A stretch of 40,254 bases of DNA from a virus (Duplodnaviria > Heunggongvirae > Uroviricota > Caudoviricetes): IMG/VR virus record IMGVR_UViG_2541047843_000009. One strand, written 5' to 3'. The position numbers were made by a program, and so were the translations under genes. Numbering within the stretch: position 1 is the stretch's first letter; every line of letters begins with the position of its first letter. The notes below the pieces were generated by a model. The model saw only the letters and a program-made list of their open reading frames with translations. It ran no database searches and had not been told where the DNA came from. Below are positions 18,233 to 28,157 of the stretch, one piece after another.

Positions 18233-19066
18233 TCAGCAATTGGTCAGAGTGTCAGCGGGGGCGTTACCGCCTGTTGCACGCTGGCGGTAGTCCTGGCGAC
18301 TGTCTTCATGACTCAGCTTGTCCACCAGTTCGTTAAAGGCGGTTTGCTGTGCCTGCAGGGCAGTCTCCAGCTCAGACAGGCGTTCTTCCTGCTCAGACAG
18401 GGATTTTTCGGTGCGTGCGCTCAGGTTCTGCTGCTCAGTGGCGACCAGCTCCACGGCCTTATGCACATCAGAGAACCGGGCGTCATCGGACTGCTCTTTT
18501 TTGGTAAACAGCGCCGTGACGCGGGCAAACAGGGACGGTTTGTCGTCCTGGATTTCTTCCAGTTCGATCACCGTTTCCTCTGCAGCGGTAAAGAGATTGG
18601 CAGGATTCTGCTTGCGGTTTGCCAGCGGGTTATGGGCTGCACTGGCGCTGAATGTCAGCATTTCCGTACCCAGACTGGCAGGGTCATCAGTGGCAGCCAG
18701 GCCGACCAGATAGGCTTTGCCCGTATCAGCGAACTTCGGGCTGACTTCCATAGAGGTGAATAATTTCTGGCCTTTTTTCACCAGTTCCACCAGGGACTCC
18801 GTTGGCTCAACGTCGGCATACAGCGCCATCTTGCCTGCCAGCGGACCTTCCGTGATTTCTTCAGCAAACAGCGCCGTCACCTTGCCGTAGCGGTTAAAGG
18901 TGCTGTCCGGCAGATAAGACTTGATGTGCTCAAGGTTAATCAGCGCGGTATACACCGCCGGGTTGTAGCTGGCTGCCATCTGTTCCAGCCATTCACGCTG
19001 GATTTCGCGTCCGTCGGTGGTGGCACCTTCCACCCCGATGCGAAAACGCTTTGCTTTCACTGTCAT
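18233..19066 (-). CDS. O: Capsid scaffold protein O
   Basis: 277 aa with an acidic coiled-coil C-terminus; divergent from P. Confidence 0.85.
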   Translation of the reverse strand: MTVKAKRFRIGVEGATTDGREIQREWLEQMAASYNPAVYTALINLEHIKSYLPDSTFNRYGKVTALFAEEITEGPLAGKMALYADVEPTESLVELVKKGQKLFTSMEVSPKFADTGKAYLVGLAATDDPASLGTEMLTFSASAAHNPLANRKQNPANLFTAAEETVIELEEIQDDKPSLFARVTALFTKKEQSDDARFSDVHKAVELVATEQQNLSARTEKSLSEQEERLSELETALQAQQTAFNELVDKLSHEDSRQDYRQRATGGNAPADTLTNC

Positions 19067-19144
19067 GAGCCGTGCTCCGTTAGAAAAAACTTACTGGAGC
19101 CTTATGGTTGCGGTGATGGGGGCAGTGAAACAATGCGCGGTATT

Positions 19145-19162
19145 TGTACCGACAACCACACA
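19145..19162 (+). promoter_or_regulatory. Candidate Ogr-dependent late promoter element (TGT-N12-ACA) in the O/P divergent region
   Basis: tgtaccgacaaccacaca lies 47-64 nt upstream of the P start. Confidence 0.5.
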
Positions 19163-19208
19163 AACCGCAGGCGGGGAAAGCCTTCATTCAAGGCTGTAGG
19201 TTTGTGCC

Positions 19209-20975
19209 ATGAACACCACACTGACACCCGCAGATCTCGATCCCCGTCGGCAGGCCATGCTGCTGTACTTTCAGGGATACCGCGTAGCCCGCATTGCTGA
19301 AATGCTGGGCGAGAAAGTTGCAACCGTTCACAGCTGGAAAAAACGCGACAAGTGGGGTGACTATGGGCCGCTGGATCAGATGCAGCTCACCACCGCCGCA
19401 CGCTACTGCCAGCTCATTATGAAGGAGCACAAAGAAGGGAAAGATTTCAAAGAGATTGACCTGCTGGCGCGCCAGTCGGAGCGCCATGCGCGGATCGGCA
19501 AGTTTAACAATGGCGGCAACGAAGCCGACTTAAACCCTAACGTCGCCAACCGCAACAAAGGCCCGCGCCGTCAGCCGGAAAAGAACGTTTTCACCGATGA
19601 ACAGATTGAGAAGTTGGAAGAAATCTTCCATTCCTCCATGTTCAACTACCAGCGCCACTGGTGGGAAGCCGGAAAAACCAACCGCATCCGCAACCTGCTG
19701 AAGTCACGCCAGATCGGCGCGACCTTCTATTTTGCCCGTGAAGCCCTGATTGACGCCCTGCTAACCGGGCGTAACCAGATTTTCCTTTCCGCCAGCAAGG
19801 CTCAGGCCCACGTCTTTAAGCAGTACATCATCGACTTCGCCAAAGAAGTGGAGGTGGAGCTGAAAGGCGATCCGATGGTGCTTCCTAACGGGGCCACGCT
19901 GTACTTCCTCGGCACCAATGCCCGCACGGCCCAGAGTTACCACGGCAACCTGTATCTGGATGAATATTTCTGGATACCGAAATTCCAGGAGCTGCGCAAA
20001 GTGGCTTCCGGTATGGCTATTCACAAAAAATGGCGACAAACCTATTTTTCCACGCCATCCAGCCTGACACACAGTGCTTATCCGTTCTGGTCCGGTGCGC
20101 TGTTCAACCGAGGGCGCAACAAAGCCGATAAGGTGGACATCGACCTGTCCCACAGCAATCTGGCCCCCGGCCTGCTGTGCGCAGACGGGCAGTACCGCCA
20201 GATAGTCACTGTGGAAGATGCGGTGCGCGGCGGCTGTAACCTGTTCGACCTCGACCAGTTGCGCATGGAGTACAGCCCGGACGAATACCAGAACCTGCTG
20301 ATGTGTGAGTTCGTGGACGATCTCGCGTCTGTGTTCCCACTCAGCGAGCTGCAGGCGTGCATGGTGGACAGTTGGGAAGTCTGGACCGACTTTCATGCAC
20401 TGGCCCTGCGCCCGTTTGGCTGGCGCGAAGTGTGGATCGGATATGACCCGGCGAAAGGTACGCAGAACGGCGACAGCGCCGGATGCGTGGTGGTGGCGCC
20501 GCCAGCCGTGCCGGGCGGTAAGTTCCGCATTCTTGAGCGTCACCAGTGGCGCGGAATGGACTTCCGCGCCCAGGCTGACGCCATCAAAAAACTGACCGAA
20601 CAGTACAACGTGACCTATATCGGTATCGACTCAACCGGCGTTGGTCACGGGGTTTACGAGAACGTGAAAGCGTTTTTTCCTGCCGTCCGGGAGTTTGTCT
20701 ACAACCCCAACGTTAAAAACGCCCTGGTACTCAAGGCCTACGACATTATCAGCCACCGCCGTCTGGAGTTTGACGCCGGACACACCGACATAGCGCAGTC
20801 CTTTATGGCAATCCGTCGCGCCACCACCGCCAGTGGCAACCGCCCGACCTATGAAGCCAGCCGCAGCGAAGAAGCCAGCCACGCCGATCTGGCCTGGGCA
20901 ACGATGCACGCACTGTTTAACGAACCGCTGCAGGGCGAATCCGCCAATACCAGCAATATTGTGGAGATTTTTTGA
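19209..20975 (+). CDS. P: Terminase large (ATPase) subunit P
   Basis: 588 aa; 4-nt overlap with Q. Confidence 0.9.
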   Translation: MNTTLTPADLDPRRQAMLLYFQGYRVARIAEMLGEKVATVHSWKKRDKWGDYGPLDQMQLTTAARYCQLIMKEHKEGKDFKEIDLLARQSERHARIGKFNNGGNEADLNPNVANRNKGPRRQPEKNVFTDEQIEKLEEIFHSSMFNYQRHWWEAGKTNRIRNLLKSRQIGATFYFAREALIDALLTGRNQIFLSASKAQAHVFKQYIIDFAKEVEVELKGDPMVLPNGATLYFLGTNARTAQSYHGNLYLDEYFWIPKFQELRKVASGMAIHKKWRQTYFSTPSSLTHSAYPFWSGALFNRGRNKADKVDIDLSHSNLAPGLLCADGQYRQIVTVEDAVRGGCNLFDLDQLRMEYSPDEYQNLLMCEFVDDLASVFPLSELQACMVDSWEVWTDFHALALRPFGWREVWIGYDPAKGTQNGDSAGCVVVAPPAVPGGKFRILERHQWRGMDFRAQADAIKKLTEQYNVTYIGIDSTGVGHGVYENVKAFFPAVREFVYNPNVKNALVLKAYDIISHRRLEFDAGHTDIAQSFMAIRRATTASGNRPTYEASRSEEASHADLAWATMHALFNEPLQGESANTSNIVEIF

Positions 20976-22009
20976 TGGGAAAGAGTAAGAAGAACCGCGC
21001 TGCGGCGACGAAACAGATCCAGCTTAAAAGTCAAACTACAGCCGAAGCATTCAGCTTCGGCGATCCCGTTCCTGTTCTGGACCGCCGAGAACTGCTGGAT
21101 TATGTGGAATGCGTACAGATGGACCGCTGGTATGAGCCGCCCGTCAGCTTTGACGGACTGGCGCGCACCTTCCGCGCTGCCGTTCATCATAGTTCCCCGA
21201 TTGCAGTAAAGTGCAACATTCTGACCAGCACCTACATCCCTCACCCGCTGCTCAGCCAGCAGGCTTTTTCGCGTTTTGTGCAGGACTATCTGGTATTTGG
21301 TAACGCCTACCTGGAGAAACGCACGAACCGCTTCGGTGAAGTTATCGCCCTTGAACCTGCCTTGGCAAAATACACCCGACGCGGGTTAGACCTGGATACC
21401 TACTGGTTTGTGCAATACGGTATGACCACGCAGCCATATCAGTTCACGAAAGGCAGCATCTTTCATCTGATGGAACCGGACATCAACCAGGAGATCTACG
21501 GCCTGCCCGGTTATCTTTCTGCTATTCCATCCGCCCTGCTCAACGAGTCTGCCACGCTGTTCCGCCGCAAGTATTACATTAACGGCAGTCATGCAGGCTT
21601 CATCATGTATATGACCGACGCCGCGCAGAACCAGGAAGATGTGAACAACCTCCGCAACGCGATGAAAAGCGCCAAAGGCCCTGGCAACTTCCGCAACCTG
21701 TTTATGTACTCGCCTAACGGCAAAAAGGACGGGCTTCAGATCATCCCGTTGTCAGAAGTCGCAGCGAAAGATGAATTTCTGAACATCAAGAACGTGAGCC
21801 GGGACGACATGATGGCTGCACACCGCGTACCGCCTCAGATGATGGGAATTTTGCCGAATAATGTTGGGGGGTTTGGGGATGTGGAGAAGGCAAGTCGGGT
21901 ATTTGTTCGTAATGAATTAATACCTTTGCAAAAACGTTTCGAAGAATTAAATTTATGGCTAAAAAATAATATTATTACATTCAAAGAATATCAACTATCC
22001 CTAGACTAA
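20972..22009 (+). CDS. Q: Portal protein Q
   Basis: 345 aa; the last 35 codons or so are AT-rich. Confidence 0.85.
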   Translation: MMGKSKKNRAAATKQIQLKSQTTAEAFSFGDPVPVLDRRELLDYVECVQMDRWYEPPVSFDGLARTFRAAVHHSSPIAVKCNILTSTYIPHPLLSQQAFSRFVQDYLVFGNAYLEKRTNRFGEVIALEPALAKYTRRGLDLDTYWFVQYGMTTQPYQFTKGSIFHLMEPDINQEIYGLPGYLSAIPSALLNESATLFRRKYYINGSHAGFIMYMTDAAQNQEDVNNLRNAMKSAKGPGNFRNLFMYSPNGKKDGLQIIPLSEVAAKDEFLNIKNVSRDDMMAAHRVPPQMMGILPNNVGGFGDVEKASRVFVRNELIPLQKRFEELNLWLKNNIITFKEYQLSLD

Positions 22010-22014
22010 TTAAT

Positions 22015-22035
22015 AACCACCTCTATGAGGTGGTT
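22015..22035. terminator. Bidirectional hairpin between the convergent Q and ORF469
   Basis: Perfect 9-bp stem aaccacctc / gaggtggtt around a 3-nt loop. Confidence 0.5.
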
Positions 22036-22056
22036 AACAAGAATAAACCTAATTAA

Positions 22057-23466
22057 TTACTCATCTACTCTGATTTTTTGTTTTTTATTATTTTGAGTTA
22101 AGACATTTATGGTAATAGATGTATACGGATGAAAGTCAGGAACTATACTTTTAACCTCTCCATTTTCAAGAAAATGATGTGCTATTGAAGGAAATAAATC
22201 AGGATCTACAGGATATTTAGCATTAGGATTATGATACATATTTAAACCTTCTGCCCATGTTTCTGTAATATCGCCTTCTTTCACTTCAAAACTAAATGCT
22301 GCTGGATATAATGCCTCTGGGTCATGATCATGGCAGTAACCACTCCTAAATAATCTAAGGTCACTTCTTCCAAAACCAGCCAGTTTTCCCATCCGATTAA
22401 ACTTCGATATAGTACCACTATTAGAACTAAGGACGGCCGAAATATTTTCAGACTCATCCAAGAAGAAAAAGCCTGAAGGAATTTCCTTTTTCTCAAATTG
22501 ATGCGATATAATTTTCTTAGTTGCTAAACTGTAACATCCATCTTCAGATTTAACATGCTCATAGCGAATACCATAAAGATACTGCCAAAGTGCACTATGG
22601 GACCAAATCATAGAGTTTGGTTCATGAAAATCAGCAATTGCGAAAATTAAAGGATTCCCCTTAACATGTTCTAGATCCCAGTATCGAGTTTTCTTTTTCA
22701 GTTTAGAATAGAGAGAACTTCCAAATTTAATCGGCATATAATTCTCTATTTTCTCTAGCAATTCTTCCTTACTTTTAGGTTCTGATAGCATTTCAGATGA
22801 TTGATTAATATCATTCCCTGTTGGATTAACCGTTACAGCTTCAATGCAAATAGTATTACCATACTTACGTGCCACATAATCAGGGGCATTAAACTGCCTA
22901 TCTAGCCAAAAGTGTTCCTCTCGTAAATATGCGAAAAGATATAACTCCCATAGCCGGGCATCAAAACCTGTTGTCTGAAACTGCTCTATAAAATTCCCGT
23001 CGACATCCTCAAAATGATTCATCATTTCCTTGATTATCCCTGTTGCAGGCGACCAGTTCGCGTATTTACCAAATAATGAAAAATGATGATGAAGTTTATC
23101 TGGTGTAACTATAGGTGTGAATAAATCCATTGCTTTATAAGTTTCATCACCTTGTGGAAATACTTTTACGTTTAATTTAGTATGCTTCCGCATTAATTTC
23201 TTTAGTTTTGCTCGTGCAGAATTCATTTCTGAAACACTAGTAAATAGGTCAATACATCTATATCTCCCACTTAAGTCTCTTGCTAAAACAATACCGCTAT
23301 AATCTTCATCGATTTGATCCAATAATAGTGCCCCTAGCAGGAACTCTCTCGGACTACAGTACCACTCAAACTCATAGCCTAAAAGTTCAGTATTTGGCAT
23401 TCTGGTCCAATCAACAAAAGCATTAAACCTCTCTTTACTCATTTTTTTTATATCAAGAAAAGACAT
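22057..23466 (-). CDS. Hypothetical 469-aa protein; AT-rich cargo gene, candidate anti-phage defence or abortive-infection protein of unassigned family
   Basis: Long ORF in clearly AT-rich DNA between portal and cos, convergent with Q; GAGGT about 9 nt before the ATG; no Walker A motif; no family recognised. Confidence 0.7.
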   Translation of the reverse strand: MSFLDIKKMSKERFNAFVDWTRMPNTELLGYEFEWYCSPREFLLGALLLDQIDEDYSGIVLARDLSGRYRCIDLFTSVSEMNSARAKLKKLMRKHTKLNVKVFPQGDETYKAMDLFTPIVTPDKLHHHFSLFGKYANWSPATGIIKEMMNHFEDVDGNFIEQFQTTGFDARLWELYLFAYLREEHFWLDRQFNAPDYVARKYGNTICIEAVTVNPTGNDINQSSEMLSEPKSKEELLEKIENYMPIKFGSSLYSKLKKKTRYWDLEHVKGNPLIFAIADFHEPNSMIWSHSALWQYLYGIRYEHVKSEDGCYSLATKKIISHQFEKKEIPSGFFFLDESENISAVLSSNSGTISKFNRMGKLAGFGRSDLRLFRSGYCHDHDPEALYPAAFSFEVKEGDITETWAEGLNMYHNPNAKYPVDPDLFPSIAHHFLENGEVKSIVPDFHPYTSITINVLTQNNKKQKIRVDE

Positions 23467-23564
23467 CTTTCTACCTCATCACGAAAAAATATTTTTTCCT
23501 AAAAAGACTTAAGTTAGCTTAATCTATTGATAAAAAAAAGCTAAGTAACGACCAAATACGCGCG

Positions 23565-23583
23565 CTCGTATCCCCGCCACGCC
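23565..23583 (-). other. Candidate cos cohesive-end site
   Basis: Minus strand reads GGCGTGGCGGGGATACGAG; the first 13 nt match the 186/P2 cohesive-end consensus as I recall it (from memory). Confidence 0.45.
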
Positions 23584-23632
23584 TGCCCGCTTTATGTAGT
23601 GGTTTTCATGCACCTGCATGATCTACGCAAAA

Positions 23633-23652
23633 GCCCGCCAGTTCTGGCGGGC
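23633..23652 (-). terminator. Candidate rho-independent terminator of the A-orf-dinI operon
   Basis: Perfect 9-bp GC-rich stem gcccgccag / ctggcgggc followed on the minus strand by TTTTGCG. Confidence 0.45.
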
Positions 23653-23787
23653 CTTAGCAAAAACGATCCTCAAACGATCATGCGATCTCATGCGGCATAG
23701 ACATGCACTACAGAGCTAACGCCTCGCAAGGGCTCGTTGTTCAACCTTGCTGACGCCAGAAGCAAGTTCAGACGCCAGCAACGTTTC

Positions 23788-24021
23788 TTAATGCAGCCAG
23801 CTGTCGTCTTCCCACACCTTCTGCATAATTTTCATCACTTGTTTTCTTTCTTCGTCCAGTTGCAGTCCGGTTAGTTCCACACCGTTAGAGCTACCTTTGC
23901 GAATGCGAATTACCGTTTTGGGATACAGGGGGCGCAGATTGCGGTAAAGCTCGGATTCAAGGGCGTCCAGGGTAGACTGGCTAATCTTCTGCTCTTTATC
24001 GATCATTATTTCAATGCGCAT
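23788..24021 (-). CDS. DinI-like protein
   Basis: 77 aa from MRIEIMIDK..., ending ...VWEDDSWLH, resembling DinI; GGTGA ribosome-binding site. Confidence 0.7.
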   Translation of the reverse strand: MRIEIMIDKEQKISQSTLDALESELYRNLRPLYPKTVIRIRKGSSNGVELTGLQLDEERKQVMKIMQKVWEDDSWLH

Positions 24022-24031
24022 AAAAGTCACC

Positions 24032-24220
24032 TCAGCTGATGACATCCATTGAGCGGTTGTATTCGTGGGTTCTGATTTTTGCCATGAGTTCATCAGTCAA
24101 TTCAGAAACCCACTGCAGAGCCAGCCCCTTCTCTTCATCACTACACTCACTAGCCGCTACAAGCTTAAGAAAAAAATCAATGCGCTGGAGCTTCAAAGAC
24201 TCCAAAAAATAGTCCTGCAT
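24032..24220 (-). CDS. Hypothetical small protein (62 aa)
   Basis: AGGAGG 4-5 nt before the ATG at 24220; the longer track ORF is probably an artefact. Confidence 0.5.
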   Translation of the reverse strand: MQDYFLESLKLQRIDFFLKLVAASECSDEEKGLALQWVSELTDELMAKIRTHEYNRSMDVIS

Positions 24221-24364
24221 CTTTCCTCCTATGACACCACACGCAATGCTGTATGCATAACCACTGTTTATATTTACAGTATATAATAATCTTACTGATG
24301 TAAAACGATTTTTTACGTTCATCAGCCTGGTATTATTAAGAGCACGAATTGTTAACCCGCGTAA

Positions 24365-26779
24365 TTAATACAGGTTCCGCCACTGATCATCTTCCTGCAA
24401 ACGCTGGTTCCGATAGAAGATACGCAGGCCTGCTCCTGACGGAATACTGCCTCCGCGAAGGAGTAAATCGACCTCTTTCTCGCTGCCATCAAATCCTCTG
24501 GACTTCAGCTCATACACGAGCTGCAGTCGCTGATGGTCTGTAATTCGCTGTTTGTAGTCTTTACGCCGTTTCGGTTTCACCAGGCGTAACCTTGCTGCCA
24601 GTTCCCGGCGCTCTTTTTTGCTCATACTGTGCAGGTAATCGTGCAACTCCTTGTCATCCATGCTGGTAATGTCCGTTCTGGGGTCCCCATCAGCTGATTT
24701 ATCTTTCTCCTGTTGGTTCAAATTTTCAGCAAGGGGACAGTTATTGCCACGAGTCCAAGGGGCGCAAGCGCCCTGGTCGGCTGCCGCCTCCTGAACGTCA
24801 ACGGCCTTACGAACCATTTTCCACTTCACGGCATGAGTGCAGATCTTGCCCTCTGCAATAGGTGACCAGATGCCATAAATACGAATGCCGTGATCGCCAT
24901 AGGCGGTCGGCTCTTCGTTGATTTCATAAGCAGTTCTGATAAGGTGATATTTACGGGGAACCAGTACGCCGCCCTGCTTCATGATGTAGGTGGCAAAACA
25001 ACCAGCATCAGCAGCAGCCAGGATTGCATCAAGGCGCGGGTTATCCAGTACCGGCGCACCTGCTTTTTTGTCACCCTGTTGCCTTGCCGCCTGACCAGCC
25101 AGCAATCGCAGTTCACGGTAAGCCTGACGCCCCGGAATGCCAAAGAAGCGGAATTGCTGAACACGATGCAGAGACGCCCAGGCATTCACGTATTCAGCGT
25201 TATCACGCAGGGATTTACCCGTTTCCTTGCTGATCTCGCCAGCCAGACCACGCCCGTCAATGTTCTTACTGATATATTTCGCGATGTAGCTTGTCGGCGT
25301 TCCTTTGCGCGGGTTAATCAACTCAGACTTAAAGCGCGGCCCCGTGTTATTGCCCAGCTCCTCGCGGTCTTCACGGATGGCAAACTTACGCAGTAATGCA
25401 GTGATGGCGCGGCGGTCTTTTTTGCGCATAAAACACAACAGGTGCCAGTGAACTGTACCGTCATGATGCGGCTCAGCCACCCGCACGCCATACCAGCGCA
25501 ATCCGGCTTTGTGCATCGCCTTACGAAATGCAGCAAACATGCCGACCAAATAATCACTGCTTTGTCTTACCGTCGCATTTGTCCAGTTCGGGTTGGGTCT
25601 GCCGTTATTTAGCGTGGAATGGAAACGTGACGGACAGGTGATGGTGTAGAAAACGGCGCAGTCACCGCGCATTTCCGCGATAAGTTCCAGACCTTTAACA
25701 CAGGCCATCATCTCATTGCGGCGATGCGCAGGGTTGCTGCTGCTGGCGTTTACCACATCCTCCATGTCCAGCGTGTCGCCGTCTTCGTTCACCAGTTCAT
25801 GAGAACGGAAAAACTCCAGCGACTTACGGCGCTGCTCACGTTTATGCATCACGGCTTCATAGCTGACATAAGGAGATGCTTTTTTGCTGACCAGGCAGAC
25901 AGCGCGCAACTGCTCTTCCCGCCATTCGCAACGCATCTTCCATAATTTCCGGTACCACCAGTCAGCGCACAACATACGCGCCAGCGAACCCGGAATGAGT
26001 TCATAGGGCACGGGTTTACGGCGGTTTCTTTTCCGACGGAGTTGCTCAAACGCAGGCGGGATAACATCCAGACGCAGGGTTTCCGCTGCCACCTTTTCCC
26101 ATGTCTTGCGGATTTCTTCTGGCTTAACGTCATCGGTGGCATACAAATCACCACAAGCTGCATCAAGGCACATGCTCATATGCGCAGCGACAAGGGTAGA
26201 CAGGCGCTTCACCTGATCCTGACTCATTTCAGGCAGGATAAGCAGGCCATCCAGCCCTTCATGGCTTGCCATAAAGCGAAAAGAAGCGGATAGCTGACTG
26301 TCGCGTACATGCTCCAGTCGTTCCAGACATGGCTTAATCGTCTCACGCAAATAGCGGGAATAAGCCTTTGGCCTGCCCAGGCTGCTGAAGTATTCAATAC
26401 GTTGCATCAGCGGCTTGCTGATATGGGAAGGCTGGGCATTGACGTCCGCCAGAATGACCATATCTGGATTAAAACGCTGCTGCTCATGCGCCAGCTTTGC
26501 CCGACTAATGAGCTTATCCTGCTCCATTTCGCGCTGGACAGGATCACGGGATTCATTAAAGAAATAACGCTCCCAGACCTGATCACTCAGTGCCTCGCGG
26601 CGCAGCTGTTCCTGCTCGTTATCGGCAGCGTACAGAGTGATCAGGTTTGAAAGCGCAGAAACCGGCGCAACTTCCGCCGGGTCCAGATAAGGGTTAATGG
26701 CCTTTTTCGGGCTGTTCCATGAGAACGATGCGGCAGCCTCGTTAAAGCCGCAGCAGTTGTTCATATCGGCATGGCTCAT
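24365..26779 (-). CDS. A: Replication initiation endonuclease A (rolling-circle, HUH type)
   Basis: 804 aa; [10 protein letters not shown] motif; ATGA overlap with the upstream methylase gene. Confidence 0.9.
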   Translation of the reverse strand: MSHADMNNCCGFNEAAASFSWNSPKKAINPYLDPAEVAPVSALSNLITLYAADNEQEQLRREALSDQVWERYFFNESRDPVQREMEQDKLISRAKLAHEQQRFNPDMVILADVNAQPSHISKPLMQRIEYFSSLGRPKAYSRYLRETIKPCLERLEHVRDSQLSASFRFMASHEGLDGLLILPEMSQDQVKRLSTLVAAHMSMCLDAACGDLYATDDVKPEEIRKTWEKVAAETLRLDVIPPAFEQLRRKRNRRKPVPYELIPGSLARMLCADWWYRKLWKMRCEWREEQLRAVCLVSKKASPYVSYEAVMHKREQRRKSLEFFRSHELVNEDGDTLDMEDVVNASSSNPAHRRNEMMACVKGLELIAEMRGDCAVFYTITCPSRFHSTLNNGRPNPNWTNATVRQSSDYLVGMFAAFRKAMHKAGLRWYGVRVAEPHHDGTVHWHLLCFMRKKDRRAITALLRKFAIREDREELGNNTGPRFKSELINPRKGTPTSYIAKYISKNIDGRGLAGEISKETGKSLRDNAEYVNAWASLHRVQQFRFFGIPGRQAYRELRLLAGQAARQQGDKKAGAPVLDNPRLDAILAAADAGCFATYIMKQGGVLVPRKYHLIRTAYEINEEPTAYGDHGIRIYGIWSPIAEGKICTHAVKWKMVRKAVDVQEAAADQGACAPWTRGNNCPLAENLNQQEKDKSADGDPRTDITSMDDKELHDYLHSMSKKERRELAARLRLVKPKRRKDYKQRITDHQRLQLVYELKSRGFDGSEKEVDLLLRGGSIPSGAGLRIFYRNQRLQEDDQWRNLY

Positions 26780-27633
26780 GCACGTACTCCGTACACGGCA
26801 GAACTATCCACGCCACGCGAATAATCAAATCCCACCCAGCAGCGCGGCCCGGAAACAGCAATGATTTCTGTTGCTGATTTACCCTCGCCAGCTGCCACAC
26901 CGATGCTGCGTTTTGCCTTGATGTAGTGGTGAGTAAAATTGCGATACAGCGAACGGATCAGGGATGTGTCACTGTTAGAAACAATGACCGGATGTCCTTC
27001 TGATGACCGATGTTCAAGAACAGATGCCAGGTGATACTGGTCATCTTCAGTGAAACCATCAGTGTGATAGCCGGAAAACGTACCGTCATACGGCGGATCG
27101 CAATACACCACATCCCCCGCCTTCAACATCGCCAGCGTTTCATCAAAGCTGGCGCAGATAAACGTTGCTCGCTGGGCCTTTTCTGCAAATGCGCGAATTT
27201 CTTTTTCAGGGAAATACGGATTTTTATAATTACCGTAGGGAATGTTGAAATGCCCGCTCTTGTTATAGCGACATAAACCACGGTAACCGTGACGATTGAG
27301 ATACAGGAAATATACCGCTTTCATGAAATCAGTAATTTCAGTGGAGTAATTAAACTCCTGCCTTATGTTGTAATAAGCCACCTCCCTGTTTGCGATCTCA
27401 AATAAAACTCTGGCGCGAGATATAAACGATTCACAATCAGCAGCAACCTTTTTATAGAGGTTGATTAAATCAGGATTAATATCCGCAACCAGATAGCTGG
27501 GGTAATCCGTCTCCATCATCACAGCACAGGAACCCGCGAAAGGTTCAACCAGTCGCGGGCCAGCAGGAAGGTGTTTTTTCAGTTCGGACATAATGGCGGT
27601 TTTATTTCCCGCCCATTTCAGGATGGTGCTCAT
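26776..27633 (-). CDS. DNA N6-adenine methyltransferase, Dam-like
   Basis: DPPY catalytic motif (VVYCDPPY) and N-terminal AdoMet-binding region (EPFAGSCAV); start taken at [11 protein letters not shown]. Confidence 0.85.
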   Translation of the reverse strand: MSTILKWAGNKTAIMSELKKHLPAGPRLVEPFAGSCAVMMETDYPSYLVADINPDLINLYKKVAADCESFISRARVLFEIANREVAYYNIRQEFNYSTEITDFMKAVYFLYLNRHGYRGLCRYNKSGHFNIPYGNYKNPYFPEKEIRAFAEKAQRATFICASFDETLAMLKAGDVVYCDPPYDGTFSGYHTDGFTEDDQYHLASVLEHRSSEGHPVIVSNSDTSLIRSLYRNFTHHYIKAKRSIGVAAGEGKSATEIIAVSGPRCWVGFDYSRGVDSSAVYGVRA

Positions 27634-27857
27634 ACAGCACCTCCGTTGTAATGTTTGCCTTTCAGCTCTGCGATTTCCTGACAGGTAATGCAAAGCTGCA
27701 CCCCCGGAATGGCACGGCGGCGTGCTGGCGGAATTGGCGCTTCACACTCAACGCAAAGCACGCGGGACACGCCCGGCGTTTTGGCACGGGCAGCACGGAT
27801 ATGACGTTGGCGTTCTTCTTCAACTCGCTGCTGTACGAGATCCATTGCATCAGCCAT
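27630..27857 (-). CDS. TraR/DksA-family C4 zinc-finger protein
   Basis: CVECEAPIP...CITCQ; 75 aa; translationally coupled to both neighbours. Confidence 0.75.
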   Translation of the reverse strand: MADAMDLVQQRVEEERQRHIRAARAKTPGVSRVLCVECEAPIPPARRRAIPGVQLCITCQEIAELKGKHYNGGAV

Positions 27858-28096
27858 CAGTGGATCTCCTGCGCTTCGTTCTGGATTGCTTCAGCAGTCA
27901 CACGCAGCAGTTCTGCCGCTTCGACGTGGTTTAGTTGGCGGGATGTGATATGACACGCCAGGCTATCAAGGCGAGCTGCCATTGCTTCAGCCCTTGCCCG
28001 GCGTTCTTCCAGACGAGCCTCTGTCAGTAAAATATTAAGCCCTGCATCATCCGGTCCGGTTTTAGTCGTGAGGGTTTCAATATTACGCATAATCAA
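27857..28096 (-). CDS. Hypothetical early-region protein (79 aa)
   Basis: ORF in operon context; stop overlaps the next start (TGATG). Confidence 0.5.
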   Translation of the reverse strand: MIMRNIETLTTKTGPDDAGLNILLTEARLEERRARAEAMAARLDSLACHITSRQLNHVEAAELLRVTAEAIQNEAQEIH

Positions 28097-28157
28097 TTCT
28101 CCTGAATTTAGATAAAGGGATGCCCGGCGGGTTTACGCCATTAATTTCATTAGTTGG

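Noticed and set aside
19761-20543. 260-aa minus-strand ORF
   Set aside because: Antisense and internal to terminase large subunit P; no independent start signal.
22281-22496. 71-aa internal minus-strand ORF
   Set aside because: Alternative frame wholly inside ORF469.
24890-25396. 168-aa plus-strand ORF
   Set aside because: Antisense and internal to replication gene A.
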